Assembly: GCF_009914755.1 (NCBI RefSeq)
Contig: NC_060938.1
Origin: the human T2T-CHM13v2.0 reference genome, Homo sapiens
Reading direction: 5' to 3' (one strand)
DNA: 64,000 nt
The translations under genes were made by a program, and so were the position numbers. Positions within the stretch are counted from its first letter, which is position 1, and each line of letters opens with the position of its first letter. Under the pieces are notes generated by a model. That model was not told the DNA's origin. It searched no databases and worked only from the letters and a program-made list of their open reading frames with translations. Of this stretch, positions 23,037-41,189 are shown piece after piece.

Positions 23037-23773
23037 AGGCCTTACTGTTTAGCCTTACTCTATTGAGCTAAATTTTCACCTCTATATGTATCCTATTTTT
23101 GCCCTTGCTAGAAAGTTAAGCCTCTTTTCAGGAGTTATACATGTCATAGTTTTTACAAAAATTAGATGCAACTTCTCCATAGTGAATTCAAATTAGCTAG
23201 ACTAAGCCATGACTGTTTTAAGACCTTTGAAGTCAAAAGGGCTGTCAAGATCTTGCTCCATTACCCAGGCTGGAGTGCGATGGCGCAGTCCTGGCTCACT
23301 ACAGCCTCAACCTCCTGGGTTCAAGTAATTCTCCTGCCTAAACGAACAGCTGGGACTATAGGCGTGAGCCACCGCACCCAGCCAAAAATAACTTCTTCTA
23401 AATAGGTTAATATCTTTCCTGTTCATCTAGAGTTATATTCTAGAAATATGAGAAGTATTTTTGTGATATAAATCATCAGCTCCTACACAAAAGATTGGCA
23501 GTTCTTTCGTTCTTGGAACAAAAAAAATGCAGATAAGTCCTATGATAGATGTAAAGATAATAATAGAATTTATAAAATGGTACCAGCATGCAATAACCTA
23601 ATAGTTCTCTTTCAAAACTCAAGCAACAGTTCCCAAGAAAGAAATTATCAAAAACTATCACAGGTCTCTGAAATCATTTTATGCTATATGTGAAACAATA
23701 ATTAAATTCAGTAACATATTAATTTTACCTCCAAATTAAAATTTAGGTAACCATCAAATGATACATTAGTTCA

Positions 23774-23935
<162 letters not shown>

Positions 23936-25577
23936 TTAAAAAAATAAATAAATAAAAAGAAGACAAAGAAATAAACCATGCATGTCTGTTGCTCTTTCAT
24001 AAGTGAAGCAGATTCCCCCCTCCCCATATCCAATGTATAAACCTTTAATTAGCAAATCCTACCTGCAAAAATTTATTTTAAAAATCCCTGGCCAGGCGCA
24101 GTGGCTCACACCTGTAATCCCAGCACTCTGGGAGGCTGAAGTGGGTGAATCACTTGAGGCCAGGAGTTCAAGACTAGCCTGGACAACATGGTGAAACCCT
24201 GTCTCTACTAAAAATACAAAAATTAACCAGGCGTGGTGAGACACACCTGTAATCCCAGCTACTCATGTGGCTGAGGCACAACAATCACTTGAATCTGGGA
24301 GGCAGAGGTTACAGTGAGCCAAGATCGTGCCTCTGCACTTCAGCCTGGGTAACAGAGTGAGACTGTCTCAAAAAGAAAAAATTTCTTTAAACTTTTCATA
24401 AAACTATTTCAACCTGGTAAGTGGACCCCCCAATTTGAATGTGAACCCAAAATTATACTTACTGAAAATGCCAAAATAAAGAATGGCAACTCTGGGTACA
24501 AAGTATATATCCACTGGTATGCCATAGGCCCCTGTATATATTCTATCATATGATGCTATACTCTAGTGAAAATGTCCCTTAGATGAGGGCAGGCACAGAA
24601 ACAGATTTTCAATTCTTCTTTGAATGGAAAGCCTGCCACCTGGGTCACATGACCCGGCAAATCTGATGGTAATCGAAGGGTCTACAGCAGATAGTCATGC
24701 TTTATGGAGCCTTTGGAAGGCACCTGTAGGCAAATCACAGCACAGAACTTTAGGGTTTTTGGAGGAAAGTTATATCATCCTCTGCAGATAACTAACCTCC
24801 TTTTGAGAAAGTGCTTCTGGCTTTGACTGAACACTTGACCACAGGTCACTAAGTTTACCATATGAGCTACCCATTATTAACTGGGTGGTGTTGTCTGACT
24901 CATCAAGCCACAAAATTGGGTGTATATAGCAGCATTCCATCATTAAGAAAAATTGTAAGATAAGGGTTGTACAGGTCCTGCTGGCACACGTAAGTTGCAG
25001 AGGCAAGTGGTTCAAATTCCCATGGCCCCTACTCCTGCTAAATTGCCTCCTTCCTATCAACCTGCCTCTATAGACCCATGGGGAGTTCTCTATGACCAGT
25101 TGACCAAAGAAGAAAAAATATAGGCCAGGTTTAGAAATGGTTCTGCACAATATTCTGGTACCACACACAACTGAACAGCCACAGCACCAGAGCCCCACTC
25201 ATGAGTGGCCCTGAAGGACTGTGGTGCAGAAAATATTCTCAGTGGGCAGACCTCTGAACATCACACCTAGCTGTTCATCTTACTTTAGAAGGACTGATGG
25301 CCAAAGATATGGATCTACACTGTTTCATGTGCAACAACTAATGGTTTGGCTAGATGGACAGGGAAAGGACCTCTGGAGAAAGGTATATGAATGGACCACT
25401 CCAAAACAGTTTCAGAGAGTAAAGATATTCAAGCTCCATATGAATGCTCACTGAAGAGAAATCTTGGCCAAGGACAATTTTAATAATCATTAGAAAAAGA
25501 TGACCTGCCCTGTGGATGTTAGTTAGCCTCTTTCTCCAGGCACCCCTGTCTTTACCTGACGGCATCATGAACTACAT

Positions 25578-27445
<1,868 letters not shown>

Positions 27446-28674
27446 ATAGAACTGGAAAACATAGTTATGGTAGCAAGGATGGAGGTGATCAGCGACATGG
27501 ACTTACTCACCAAGGCTGATCTGTCTACAGCTAATGCTGAGTGCTCAATCTGCCAATAGTAGATAGCAACAGAGCCACTGATGTGGTCCCTGGACCACTT
27601 CCATCATAGAAAAGGTAGCACTTACTTCTCACTGGCATAGGCACTTGCTCTGAATATAAATTTGTCTTCCCTGCCTATAATGCTTCTGCCAAAGCCACCA
27701 TGTGTGAACTTATGAGATGTCTTATTCACCATCATGGTATTTTACAGAGAAGCATTACTTCCGATCAGTGAACTTATTCTGCAGCAAATGAAATGCAGCT
27801 ATAGGCTCAGGCTCATGGAATTCACTGATTTTACCATTTTCCCCATCACCCTGAAGCCACTGGGTGACAGAAACTGGAATGGGCTTTAGAAGTAATAGCA
27901 CTAGCTGGCTGGCAACTCCTTGCAGGGCTGGGGCAATGTCCTCCAGGATGCTCCATGTGCTCTAAATCAGTGACTAATATATGGTATTGTTTCTCCCACA
28001 GCCAGAATTCACAAGTCTGGAAATTGAGGTAGAAATGAGAGTGGTTCCTTACTATTACCTCAATCATCTACTACATGAAATTTTTGCATTCTATCCCCAC
28101 AACTTCGCTATTATGATCTAGAGGTCTTAGTTCCCAAGGGAGAAGTACTTCCATTAGAGAATGACAGTGGTTCCATTAAACTGGAGGTTGATACTGCAAC
28201 ACCTGGCCACTTTGGGTTCCCCTGCCAGTAAATCAAAGAGGGGACTGCTATACTGAATTGGATAACTAATCCTGACTCTCAAGAAAATGAGTTGCTACCA
28301 CAACTAGGCTTGGGGATGATAAAGAGGAATATGCCTGGAATACACATCTCCTGAAGCTTCTCTTAGTATTCCCATGTACTGTTATAAAAGTTACTGGAAA
28401 CTACCTCGACCCAAAACAGCCAGGGCTGCTAACGGCACAGACTTCAGGAATGAAAGTTTGAGCTACACCACCAAACTAGAAACCATGACCAGCTGAGATG
28501 CTTGCCAAAGGCAAAGAGAATATGAAATGCATAGTAGGGGAAGGAAATTATAAATATTGGCTATGGCCACATGACTAGTCACAGAAATGAGGGATGTTAT
28601 CATCTGAGTATATCTTCTTTACTTTAAAATAATACATTTCTCCATACATTACCTAATTCTTTTTTTATTCCCAT

Positions 28675-29046
28675 TGCTATAGATTGAATTGTGCCCCCCC
28701 CCCACCCCAATTCATATGTTGAAGTCCCAACCCTTAATGTGAACTGTATATGGAAACAGGGCCTTTAGGGAGGTAACTAAGGTTAAATGAGGTCATAAGG
28801 GTAGGGGCTAATCCAATAGGACTGGTGTCCTTATAAAAGGAAGAGACACCCAAGATCATGCGCTCTCTTTTCCGGCACACACAGACAAGAGGTCATGTGA
28901 GGACATAGTAAGAAGGCAGCCATTAACAAGCCAAAAGTCAACCCTACCAGCACCTTAATCTTGGACTTTTAGCCTCCAGAACTGTGGGCTTTTTAGGCCA
29001 CCCAGTTTGTGCTATTTTGTTATGGAAGTCTGAGAAGACTAATACA
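28675..29046 (+). mobile_element. MLT1 (MaLR) solo LTR
   Basis: tgctatagattgaattgtg...ttcatatgttgaagtcc...gaggtcataagggt...tttgttatg...actaataca. Confidence 0.85.
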
Positions 29047-29077
29047 CTCATCTCTACCATTCCCACATTATCTAACA

Positions 29078-29300
29078 CAGGGTTTCTCAACCTCAGTACT
29101 ACTGACTTTGGGGGCTAGACATTTCTTTGTTTTGGAGGCCTATTCCCCACACTGAAGGATGTTTAGCAACATTCCTGGTATCTACCCACCAAATCCCAGT
29201 AGCTGTGTCCCTCCCCCATCCCAGTTGTGACAATCAAAAATGTCTCCAAACATTGCCAAATGTTCCCCGAGGAGTAAAATTGCCTCTAGTTGAGAACTAC
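29078..29300 (-). mobile_element. MER20
   Basis: cagggtttctcaacctcag...aaaaatgtctccaaacattgccaaatg...gttgagaac. Confidence 0.8.
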
Positions 29301-29603
29301 TAATCTAATATAAAATGCTTAAATAGTGGTTAACCTTATATCTTGGTATTTAAGTGACAGGATCTCAAAGGGGGAGTGTAACTCAGCTAGTAGAAATTAA
29401 ACATAATCCAGGATGGATAAAGTAGACTGTTTTTTTTTTGTTTTTTTTTTTTGAGAGTTAGTTAGCATGTCTTCAGTCCTATGAAGGACAGTTACACCTT
29501 GTTAGGTGGAAGCATACTTTTACTTCTGTCTTTATTTGGAAGCTAAATATCGTTATAAGGTTATAAGGGGCGTGGACAGATGTCAGGTTGACAAAGGGTG
29601 GAC

Positions 29604-30008
29604 TGTAGGGGTTTGTACTGAGTCCATTTGGTTAAGCTAGGAACTATGCTTGACAGAATCCCCTTCTCTTCATGGTTCCAACTTAAACTTGGTCAAAACA
29701 GGAGATGCATATAATCTGGTGGCAGAGGGCCAGGCGTGGTAGCTCACACCTGTAATCCCAGCACTTTGGGAGGCCGAGGCGGGTGGATCATGAGGTCAGG
29801 AGATCGAGACCATCCTGGTTAACATGGTGAAACCCCGTCTCTACTAAAAATACAAAAAAATTAGCCAGGTGTGGTGGCGGGCGCCTGTCCCAGCTACTCG
29901 GGAGGCTGAGGCAGGAGAATGGTGTGCACCCGAGAGGCGGAGCTTGCAGTGAGCCAAGACTGCACCAATGGACTCCAGCCTGGGCGACACAGTGAGACTC
30001 CGTCTCAA

Positions 30009-30062
<54 letters not shown>

Positions 30063-30314
30063 CTGGTGGCAGAAGTAAATCAGCAGGTATTATTCTCTGA
30101 AGGTCATCCTAGTCCAATGAGGTGACAGACAGATACCCACTGTCCAGTGAATTCCAGCTCCGCATTCAGCTCTGTTTCCCAATTACTGATCCATCAACTC
30201 TCTTCTGAATCTATGCTTTCCCAGAAACTTCCACAATTGTGTAAGGTCTTATTCCTATAATAAATCCTATAGCACTCATTAATGACTCTGCTCCCTTGAG
30301 TACAACTTGATGCA
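29604..30314 (+). mobile_element. ERVL 3' LTR (MLT2-like)
   Basis: Starts TGT after the PPT, has AATAAA-like signal near 30258 and ends ...tgatgca; split by AluY. Confidence 0.6.
29728..30060 (+). mobile_element. AluY with (AAT)n tail inserted in an MLT2-like LTR
   Basis: gagatcgagaccatcc / gagcttgcag diagnostics; TSD ataatctggtggcaga on both sides. Confidence 0.9.
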
Positions 30315-30759
30315 GCGAACCTACAGGGAATCCACTGCTTCTATGCCATTCAGTGGTTCTTGCTTTAGGTCCATGTGAAGATGAATAAAAGCAGTCCATC
30401 TCCCTCTGGACAACCTGCATACTCCCTCTTCCGAAGTCTTCTGATTTATAGAGAGTTAATAAGTTAGTGGAGATCAGTAGATAGAGTGATAAAATATTAG
30501 TTTTGCCTTAAAATTAAACACTCCATATGCTTATAATCCTGTTCTTTGCCAGCAGAGCCACTTAATTAGGACATTCCCAAGTTGAAACCCTCCTTAGAAT
30601 AAAAGCTGTTAAACTTCCCTAAAAGAAATTCTCTCAGAATTACTTTTACATTAGACAAATGTCATTCAATAACTTAAAATACAGCCCTGTGGGTTAATTT
30701 AATTTTTAATAAAGGGGAGGGAAAGAAAGTAGCCAGCAGTTTTGCTTAAGAATCTTTAC

Positions 30760-30794
30760 CTTTGTATTCTTTATAACAATTGGATATTGCATTC
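30760..30794 (-). CDS. L2HGDH: L2HGDH exon 6 (35-nt small exon)
   Basis: tttttcag|GAATGCAATATCCAATTGTTATAAAGAATACAAAG|gtaaag; encodes (G)MQYPIVIKNTK and restores phase between exons 5 and 7. Confidence 0.95.
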
Positions 30795-31995
30795 CTGAAA
30801 AAAAAGAATAAGTGAAAAATTTATTTTTAGCAAAAGGCCAACATTATTTGAAATATCATACTAGAAACAAACTTAAATAACCTTTTTCTGTCATTACTAT
30901 GATTGCACCTTACAGTTCATTCTGAAACTTTTTACCAAATAACAATTAAACTAGTTCATACTTAACAACATATAAAACTCCAGCATGTTTTTAGCTTGAT
31001 TTTAATTCACCTAATCTATGCTTATAAACCATATGCCACCTGACCTCCAATATAGACATAGCTATTCTCTGAACTATAATCCTGGAAACCGCAATGTAAA
31101 ATGGATAATCATAAATCAGTATGTATTTTCCCACAGACTAAAGCTATGATATGAGAAACCTTGTCATCCAAGTGTTGGTTACTGGATTCCTTGCAGGTTC
31201 TATGTTGTTTAGAAAAGCAAGAGTTCTCACAACACAAAAACTTCTAATAAAAAATTGACCATTTTTAAAATTAGTTCCCACTCAGATACATGGGATCTCA
31301 AAGTTTTATAAAGCGTATGTAGAGCAGATAAATACAATCTACTTGTATCACAAATTTGGTTTATTATGCTACCTACCTAAAACAACCTTAATTATTTAAC
31401 AATTTTGCTCATCATCTTAGAATTCAGAAAGACAGAATGATTCAGATGGCTTAGATCTCCTTAAAAACCTGTCAAGGAAGAAAGAACAGAACACTACTTT
31501 TTTTCTCCTTCAAATTTCTCAACAGCAAATAGAAGGCTCACAAATCTATCATTTGGACAAAAAAAATTAATGCCCTCAAAGCAAAACAAAACAAACTCTA
31601 AGTGAACTCTTAAACTGTGGGGCTGGGCATGAGGTGGGGGGAGTTCCAAATGGCCAGGTCATTTTATGACCTTAGGCTGTCATTCTGACATTCTAAAACT
31701 TGGATGTGTCTAAGAATCACTAAAGGCTTATTACTAGGTGCTATTTCCAGACAGTCTGATTCAGTAAGTATGGGTGATGCTAACATTTGCATTTTGGGCC
31801 AAGCACAGTGGCTCATGCCTGTAATCCCAGCATTTTGGGAGGCCAAGGTGGGCAGGTTGTTTGAGCTTAGGGGTTCAAGACAAGCATGGACAACATAGTG
31901 AGACCTCAACTCTTTTTATTATTTAAAAAAAAAAAAAGAAGGAAGAAAGTAAAGAGGAAAAAGCATATTTAAAAAGATTGCTTCGATCCCTTTCA

Positions 31996-32349
<354 letters not shown>

Positions 32350-33669
32350 TTACTCCTTCGTGACCCTGACACCTCTCTAAGACTGAGCCACATGGGTCAC
32401 TGCTTTTTTTTTTTTTTGAGACAGAGTCTCACTCTGTTGCCCAGGCTGGAGTGCAGTGCGCTGGTGCAATATCAGCTCACTACAGCCTCTGCCCACCGGA
32501 TTCCAGCAATTCTCCTGCCTCAGCCTCCTGAGTAGCTGGGATTACAGGCACGTATCACCACACCCGGCTAATTTTTGTATTTTTAGTGGAGATGGGTTTT
32601 ACCATGTTGGCCAAGCTGGTCTGGAACTCCTGACCTCAGGTGATCCGCCTGCCTTGGCTTCCCAAAGTGTGGGATTACAGGCGTGAGCCAACGCGCCTCC
32701 CAGGTCACTGCTTTATATAGACATATTTACAGCTATCAATAAAAAGGATCAGTTCAGTCCTGTACTCTTCACATAGACACCAGGTTTGCCAATTTTCCTA
32801 CTGACTACGTTTGCCATTTAGAGATACAGAACCTGAATAGTTATACCGGTAAGCTGGACATCTGAGTCCCATAGGATTTTGCAAATTAAGAAAAAATTAT
32901 TTTATTTAATTAAAAAAAAATTTTTATGTTTAGTAAAGATGGGGTCTCGCGATGTTGCCCAGGCTGGTCTTGAACTCCTGAGCTCAAGCGCTCCACCCAC
33001 CTTGGCCTCCCAAAGTGCTCGGATTACAGGCGCGAGCCACTGCGCCCAGCCCTAAAAAAAAAATTTTTTTGAGACAAGGTCTCACTGTGTCGGCCTGGCT
33101 GCAGTGCAGTGATGCAATTATAGCTCACTGCAGCCTCAAACTCCTGTGCTCAAGCAATCCTCCTGCCTCAGCCTCCTAAGTAGCTGGAAGTACAGGTGTG
33201 TGCTACCATGCCCAGTGAACGTTTAAAAATTTTTTGTAGAGGCAGGGTCTCGCTATGTTGCCCAGGCTGGTCTTAAACTCCTGGCCTCAAGTGATCCTCC
33301 TTCCTTGGCCTCTCAAAGTACTTGTGCAAATTTTAACTTCACAATTAGATTTGCTGTCCAGACTTCTAAGGGAGAGAAAAAGGAAAAAAAAAATTCTCCA
33401 GAATGGTATGTGTTCCTTAGGAGTGGTAAAGTCTAGCACACTGGAAGACTAATTTACATGTTGATATATATAGACAAGCCAAAAAGGAGATGTCATGTCA
33501 TGAAAATTTTTTTCTCTCCTTTCCAGCAGTATAATAAATTGTCATTCAAGCTGGGTGCAGTAGCTCGCTCCTGTAATCCCAGCACTTTGGGAGGCTGAGG
33601 CAGGAAGATCACCTGAGGTTAAGCGTTTAAGACCAGCCTGGCCAACACGGTGAAACCACGTCTCTACTA

Positions 33670-33828
<159 letters not shown>

Positions 33829-34000
33829 TCAAAAAAAATAAAATAAATAAAATAAAAATAAATTATCATTCATAGTTATAAAATTCTGGTTTTATAGGAA
33901 CTTTCAAAATTCTTCAGTTCATGGTTCTTTGTCCTTTTTTCAGTCTACTGGTTTATCTCTATTCCTGGTTGTTCAAACTAGTCTAATTGTAAGTCTGGAG

Positions 34001-34540
<540 letters not shown>

Positions 34541-35341
34541 TCCTAGACCTCCCCTCTGCAATTACCTTGGTGTCCTACTTTCCTAGTCCAGCCTCTTAGC
34601 TTCCACCTTCCTGTTGTGCTTCATAGCCAGTCTTTTTCCTTCATTCTAACCACCAATTTCTGGAACTCTTCTGTCTTCATTAAACCAATGAAGCTTTCCA
34701 CCTGACATCTTTGTTAATCTGAAATTCTTGCTCGTTATTCAGCTTGTGGGGAACATAGTGTGGGTCCAGTATAGTTCAGTAATTAACTATGTGGGCTTTA
34801 GGTACAGTCTATGAGTTGAAATCCAAACCCCACCACTCACTACTTGTACAACCATGGCCAAGTTTCTTACTCTCTCTGTGCCTGTTTTCTCACCCTAAAA
34901 AAATGTGAGTAATAATGGTACCCTGCCACGGAGAATTGTAAAAGTCAAATGAGTTAATACTTGGAAAGGACCAAGTGCTTAATAAATGTTAGCTATTGGC
35001 CAGGCACAGTGGCTCACGCCCGTAATTCTAGCACTTTGGGAGGTCAAGTGGGCAGATCACTTGAGTCCAGGAGTTCGAGAGCAGCATAAGGAACATGGTG
35101 GAACCCCATCTCTACAAAAAATACAAAAATTGGGACGGGCACGGTGGCTCACACCTGTAATCCTAGCACTTTGGGAGGCCAAGGAGGGAAAATCACTTGA
35201 GCTCGGGAGTTCGATACCAGCCTGGGCAACACAGTGAGACCTTGTCTCTATAAAAATTAAAATTAAAAAAAAAAAGAAAAATACAAAAATTAGCTGGGTG
35301 TGGTGGCAAGCACCTATAGTTTCAGCTACTTGGGCGGCTCA

Positions 35342-35461
<120 letters not shown>

Positions 35462-35756
35462 TTAACAAGCATTGTCAAGAGATTCTGACTGTAATCTACA
35501 GGGTAGGGAAGTGTTTGGAGACAAATTTTCCATAAACAGCCTTGGCAGTTCAGATTTTAGCACCAGTCAGAAGTGTCGGACCACCGCCTGGTTCTACCAG
35601 CACAAGACCCTCCAGGAGTCCCAGTTCTCTCACATTCAGTCTGCACCTTCTGTACCTACCTCTGGTTCTGCACCATACTCTAGCCTAGCTCCATGTGGCC
35701 CTCCCACCAGCACTACCCCCTAAAATATCCCAATTAAAAAAAAAATCAATATAAGT

Positions 35757-36334
<578 letters not shown>

Positions 36335-37302
36335 CTATAATCAAGAAACAATTTTGTCCTTTAGAGGAGTTGATTTTGCCAAGCTTTTCTTGCTGCTACA
36401 ATGAGTTTTTCTTTTCCATTTATTATCCCTCACCATACCTGATTCTGATTTGATTCATATCTGATTCTGAGTTGAATTACGTATCATCAAACAATTATGT
36501 TTTAAATAAGCTCTAGTGAGATTTTTCCCAGTAGTATATACTATGTTGTCCATACTTAGTAAGAACTCAAGAGTTGTTCTAGCTACTCACAATGTTTCCA
36601 GAGCATTGCTTTGACTTGCTGCCCAGACCCTATCTTTGAGACTACAAATATGGAATGGAGATTTTATGTGGTTAACTCAAACTTTTTCTTCAGGTAATAC
36701 AAGAAATTAATAGCCTGGATTTTTTTTGTTTGTTTCTGTTTTTGTCCCTAAAGACATGTCCAAATCAATGTTCATCAATCTGTAGATGAATGACCTATAT
36801 AACACATGCTTATTTTATTTTTTTAGAATAAATGTTGAACGTGTCATTGGCCGTTTCTAATTCTAAAGAAAAGGATAAGAGGAGAATTTCACACACTAAG
36901 TACTGACTACATTTTGGTGATCATTGTTAATAGCACCATTTTCTGTTGCCTTTTTTTGTATATATCAGTTCTCCCAATCAATTTCCCCAAGAGGGTAGCC
37001 TGGTATCCAGGATAACATCCAGACGGTGAGTGCTATTAATAAATTCTGCCATCCTCTCATTTGGCCAGCACAGCATTATTGTTGTTGTGGTTTTAAAATA
37101 ATATCTGATATAATACTATTGTAAAGATCTCACTCTTGTATTCACCACCTGACCATCACCCCAACATATTCCCCTGCTTGGCCCTTAGAAGATTTTCATT
37201 TTGCGGCCGGGCGCAGTGGCTCACGCCTATAATCCCAGCACTTTGGGAGGCTGAGGCAGGCGGATCACAAGGTCAGGAGTTCGAGACCAGCCTGGCCAAT
37301 TA

Positions 37303-37506
<204 letters not shown>

Positions 37507-39903
37507 CTATCCCACTGGGACCAATGTTTTCTAATGACCAGGTCACACTGAGGGTAAAGACTCCCAAAACATCAACAGTCTCTTTTTTAACAAATTGAAA
37601 GCAATGTTTGGCAAACTTCATCATTTTCCTGACAGTCTCATTTCTAGAATATAAGAGTATTTGCCAAGCATAGGAAATCATTCCTTCTGTTTTGATACAG
37701 TCAGTAAACATAAGACCTAGTCATTGACTAAATTCACATGTCAGTAACTCAACTTCAATCTATAAACAATATTTTGGGTACAATAATCTTAGAAGCTCAC
37801 TTAGGATAATACCAAGAGATTAGTCCATGAAAACTTCCTTACCTACCATAAAATTATGTGACAAGTATAACAGAGGGATAAAAACATTCTGTAAAAGTGC
37901 TTAATTCTCAATCAATAGTTTTTTGCAATTCCAAATAGCTTCCTTATTCATCTTATGCTCCTATTACCCAGCACAACGTCTGACACACTGAAGACACTCA
38001 AACATTTACTGAAGGATTGAATTTGAGGGCTGTGTTTAAACATAGAGGATCCCCTTTACTCCATTCCAGACCTTCCCTAGAAGGTGTCTCTTCTTTTCTT
38101 TCTCTTTCTAGTCTTGGCCTTTCCTCTCCTCCTAAGATGCTGGTGTGCCCCACCTATACATGTGTGTTGTAGAAAGGTGAAAAGAGTCATCATCACCATG
38201 CAATCCAATGCTCTGGCCTGGGACTAGCTGCAAAGGTAGAGGCTGCCAAGTTGGGGTGGTGTTGGTAGACAGGCTGGCTGTGTCTGTCACCCAGGAGGTT
38301 GGGCATGAACTGTCCAGGTCAGCAGGTCAGAGACTGAAATCTGAGGCCTTGGCAGATCAGAACCAGGCAAGAACCAGACAAGCAGGACAGGGAAAACTGA
38401 GAGTAGATCTCAAGTCAGGATACAGAGGAACAGATGAACATGTGATTGACCAATAGTGCTAACAAAATGGCAAAAGCAGACCAGAGGGCAGAGTAGCAGT
38501 GAGGATTTGCCCAGAGAGGGAGCAGTCAAGAGTTACCTTCGGCTACTCTGGGCATACCGCTTATGGGGTAGCCCTGCTCTGCAAGAAGTACTTTAAAAAA
38601 AAATAAAAAGAGTTATCCTCCCAAGTCAAAGTTTACAGAGGCAGTTTAAAATTTTCCAAGGGCCTCTCCCCGATGATACTTGGTTTTCTTAAAGGGACTT
38701 GGTCTAAGAAGCTCTTTAGAGCTGCCTTGGTAAACTTCTTTCTGGGTGGCCTGGAAAAAAAAGAAGTGACCCCGTACAATGGGCATTTTACCCAATATTC
38801 CTATAGCAGTGGTAAGGTTGGCAGGGAAGGAAGGACTTTATTCAAAACATCTTTAGAAAATAACCAAACTACATGTTCTACTATATATTGCCATCCCTAA
38901 ATATATGAAACACTAATGATTACAACTTGGAATCATATAAAGTATATATCACTTCTGTGGAGGCCTCAGAGAGAAGCAGAATATGCCTCTTTTGTAAGTT
39001 ATTTTACTCATTCATCTTTCAAGTGGGGGTTTGTCTCTGAGGCTTTCTTAAACAATTGTACTAAGCTAAAAGCATTCCCTTAACATTGGTATAAGAGAGA
39101 GTACCAGCTCTATCAGAATACTTATCACTATATCTTCTTTTACACTATAACCTCCTTCAGGTTGACAGCCATGCCTTATTCATCTTCTTATCTATCTACA
39201 GTGCCTAACATAGTGTGTGGCACATAGTAATCAAAAAACCTTTGGTTGAACCAAACAGAAAAAATACCAGTTCTGAGTCAGATCTTGAGGTGGGCAACTC
39301 TTTGGGAGCTGTGTGACCCTGGGAAAGTAAAGTTTCTTCATTTATAATACACAAAAATATGTGTAATACATATAATTTCATTACCTATGCACACATATCT
39401 CACTGACCTCATTCCAAGGACCTGTGATGGTCACCTCATCAGGTACAGAGAACAATATCCAGACTCATCCATAACTTTTACAACATCTGAAAAGTTTTGT
39501 TTTTTTCAGTAACGCATAATATAAAAAATCATGGGTTCCTGTTCCGATTTTTTCTCTTTAAAGCCTTAACAAGGATACACAACAGGCAACAATCAGATAG
39601 ACCAATTCTCCAAATTTCAGTACCATTAGGATACCAGTAATCCTGTTTTTCAAACTCTACAATTAAATTATTTTCATGACCAAATCTATAATGGGGCCAG
39701 CAGCTCAGATGTACTTTTTTTTTTTGATATGCATCTTACATTTGAAAGACTTTTCATGAGCAAATAAAAATTAAAAGGTTTTAAAAATTGGCATGTCCTT
39801 TTGAAGGAGGTTATCAATTCTTTCATTCTTCAAGGTAATACTTGATAGGAGCACATCAATGAAAGTTTTTTTTTAAATTTTTGAAACTTTTATTTTTAGT
39901 TGA

Positions 39904-40264
<361 letters not shown>

Positions 40265-40492
40265 TGATATTTCAGTATGTGTCTACAATGTGTAATGATC
40301 AAATCAGGGTAATTAGTATATCAATCACCTCAAACATTTATAATTTCTTTGTGTTGTAAAAATTCAAAATCCTTTTTTCTGGGTTTTTGAAAATATGTGA
40401 GATTCTGATATATTAGTTTCACAATTGAATTCCATCAAAATCATATAAAGCTATGAAACAGCAATAGATTTAGTCTATTTTCGGGAAGGACA

Positions 40493-41189
40493 TGTTTAAT
40501 AACGTGTATAGGAAGCTGTTGTTTTGCATTGAGCTTCTGTATTAGACCTCTACAGACCAAACCAAAATGGAGTCTCTCATGCTAAAATCCTCCTCACCAG
40601 ATGGAAACCAAATTGTTTATATGACCTTCTAAGAAATCACAAGAGATAACTAACAGCCAAGTTCACAAACAGGCTGGTTTTAGCCAGCTTGATAAGGAAG
40701 TCTTCTCTGGTTTTTTTGGAGTCCAATGGCGCGATCTCAGCTCACCAAAACCTCTGCCTCCCTGGTTCAAGCGATTCTCCTGCCTCAGCTTCCTGAGTAG
40801 CTGGGATTACAGGCATGCGCCACCATGCCCGGCTAATTCTTGTATTTTTAGTAGAGATGGGGTTTCACCATATTGGTCAGGCCGATCTCGAACTCCTGAC
40901 CTCAGATGATCCGCCTACCTCGGCCTCCCAAAGTGCTGGGATTACAGGCGTGAGCCACTGTGCCTGGCCTCTGTTTTAACCTTATAGGAAAGTAACTTTG
41001 AAACAACCAATCTGCTTTTTGTTCTCTGTTTCTGCTTTCTTCAACCCTTTTCTGTCTATAAAGCCAACCTCCTCTGGTCAGCTCATCAGAGTGCCTTTTC
41101 TAAATCTTTGAATGAGATGCTCCTTAATTCATGAATCACTAAAAGAGCTAATTTGGTCTTTAAATCTGTTGTAATTTTGTCTTTTAACA
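40493..41189 (+). mobile_element. ERV1-class solo LTR (MER57/MER72-like) with an Alu insertion
   Basis: accaaaccaaaatggagtc motif, TATA-like ctataaagcc, ends ...ttttgtcttttaaca; subfamily uncertain. Confidence 0.65.

Noticed and set aside
23229-23248. tgaagtcaaaagggctgt resembling exon 8 tgaagtcaaagggtctgt
   Set aside because: Too short and gapped, with no extension on either side; not counted as a third exon 8 copy.
24770-25198. 142-aa minus-strand ORF
   Set aside because: Antisense to decayed ERVL sequence, with no recognisable domain.
29919-30125. Poly-Asn ORF
   Set aside because: Translation of an AluY (AAT)n tail.
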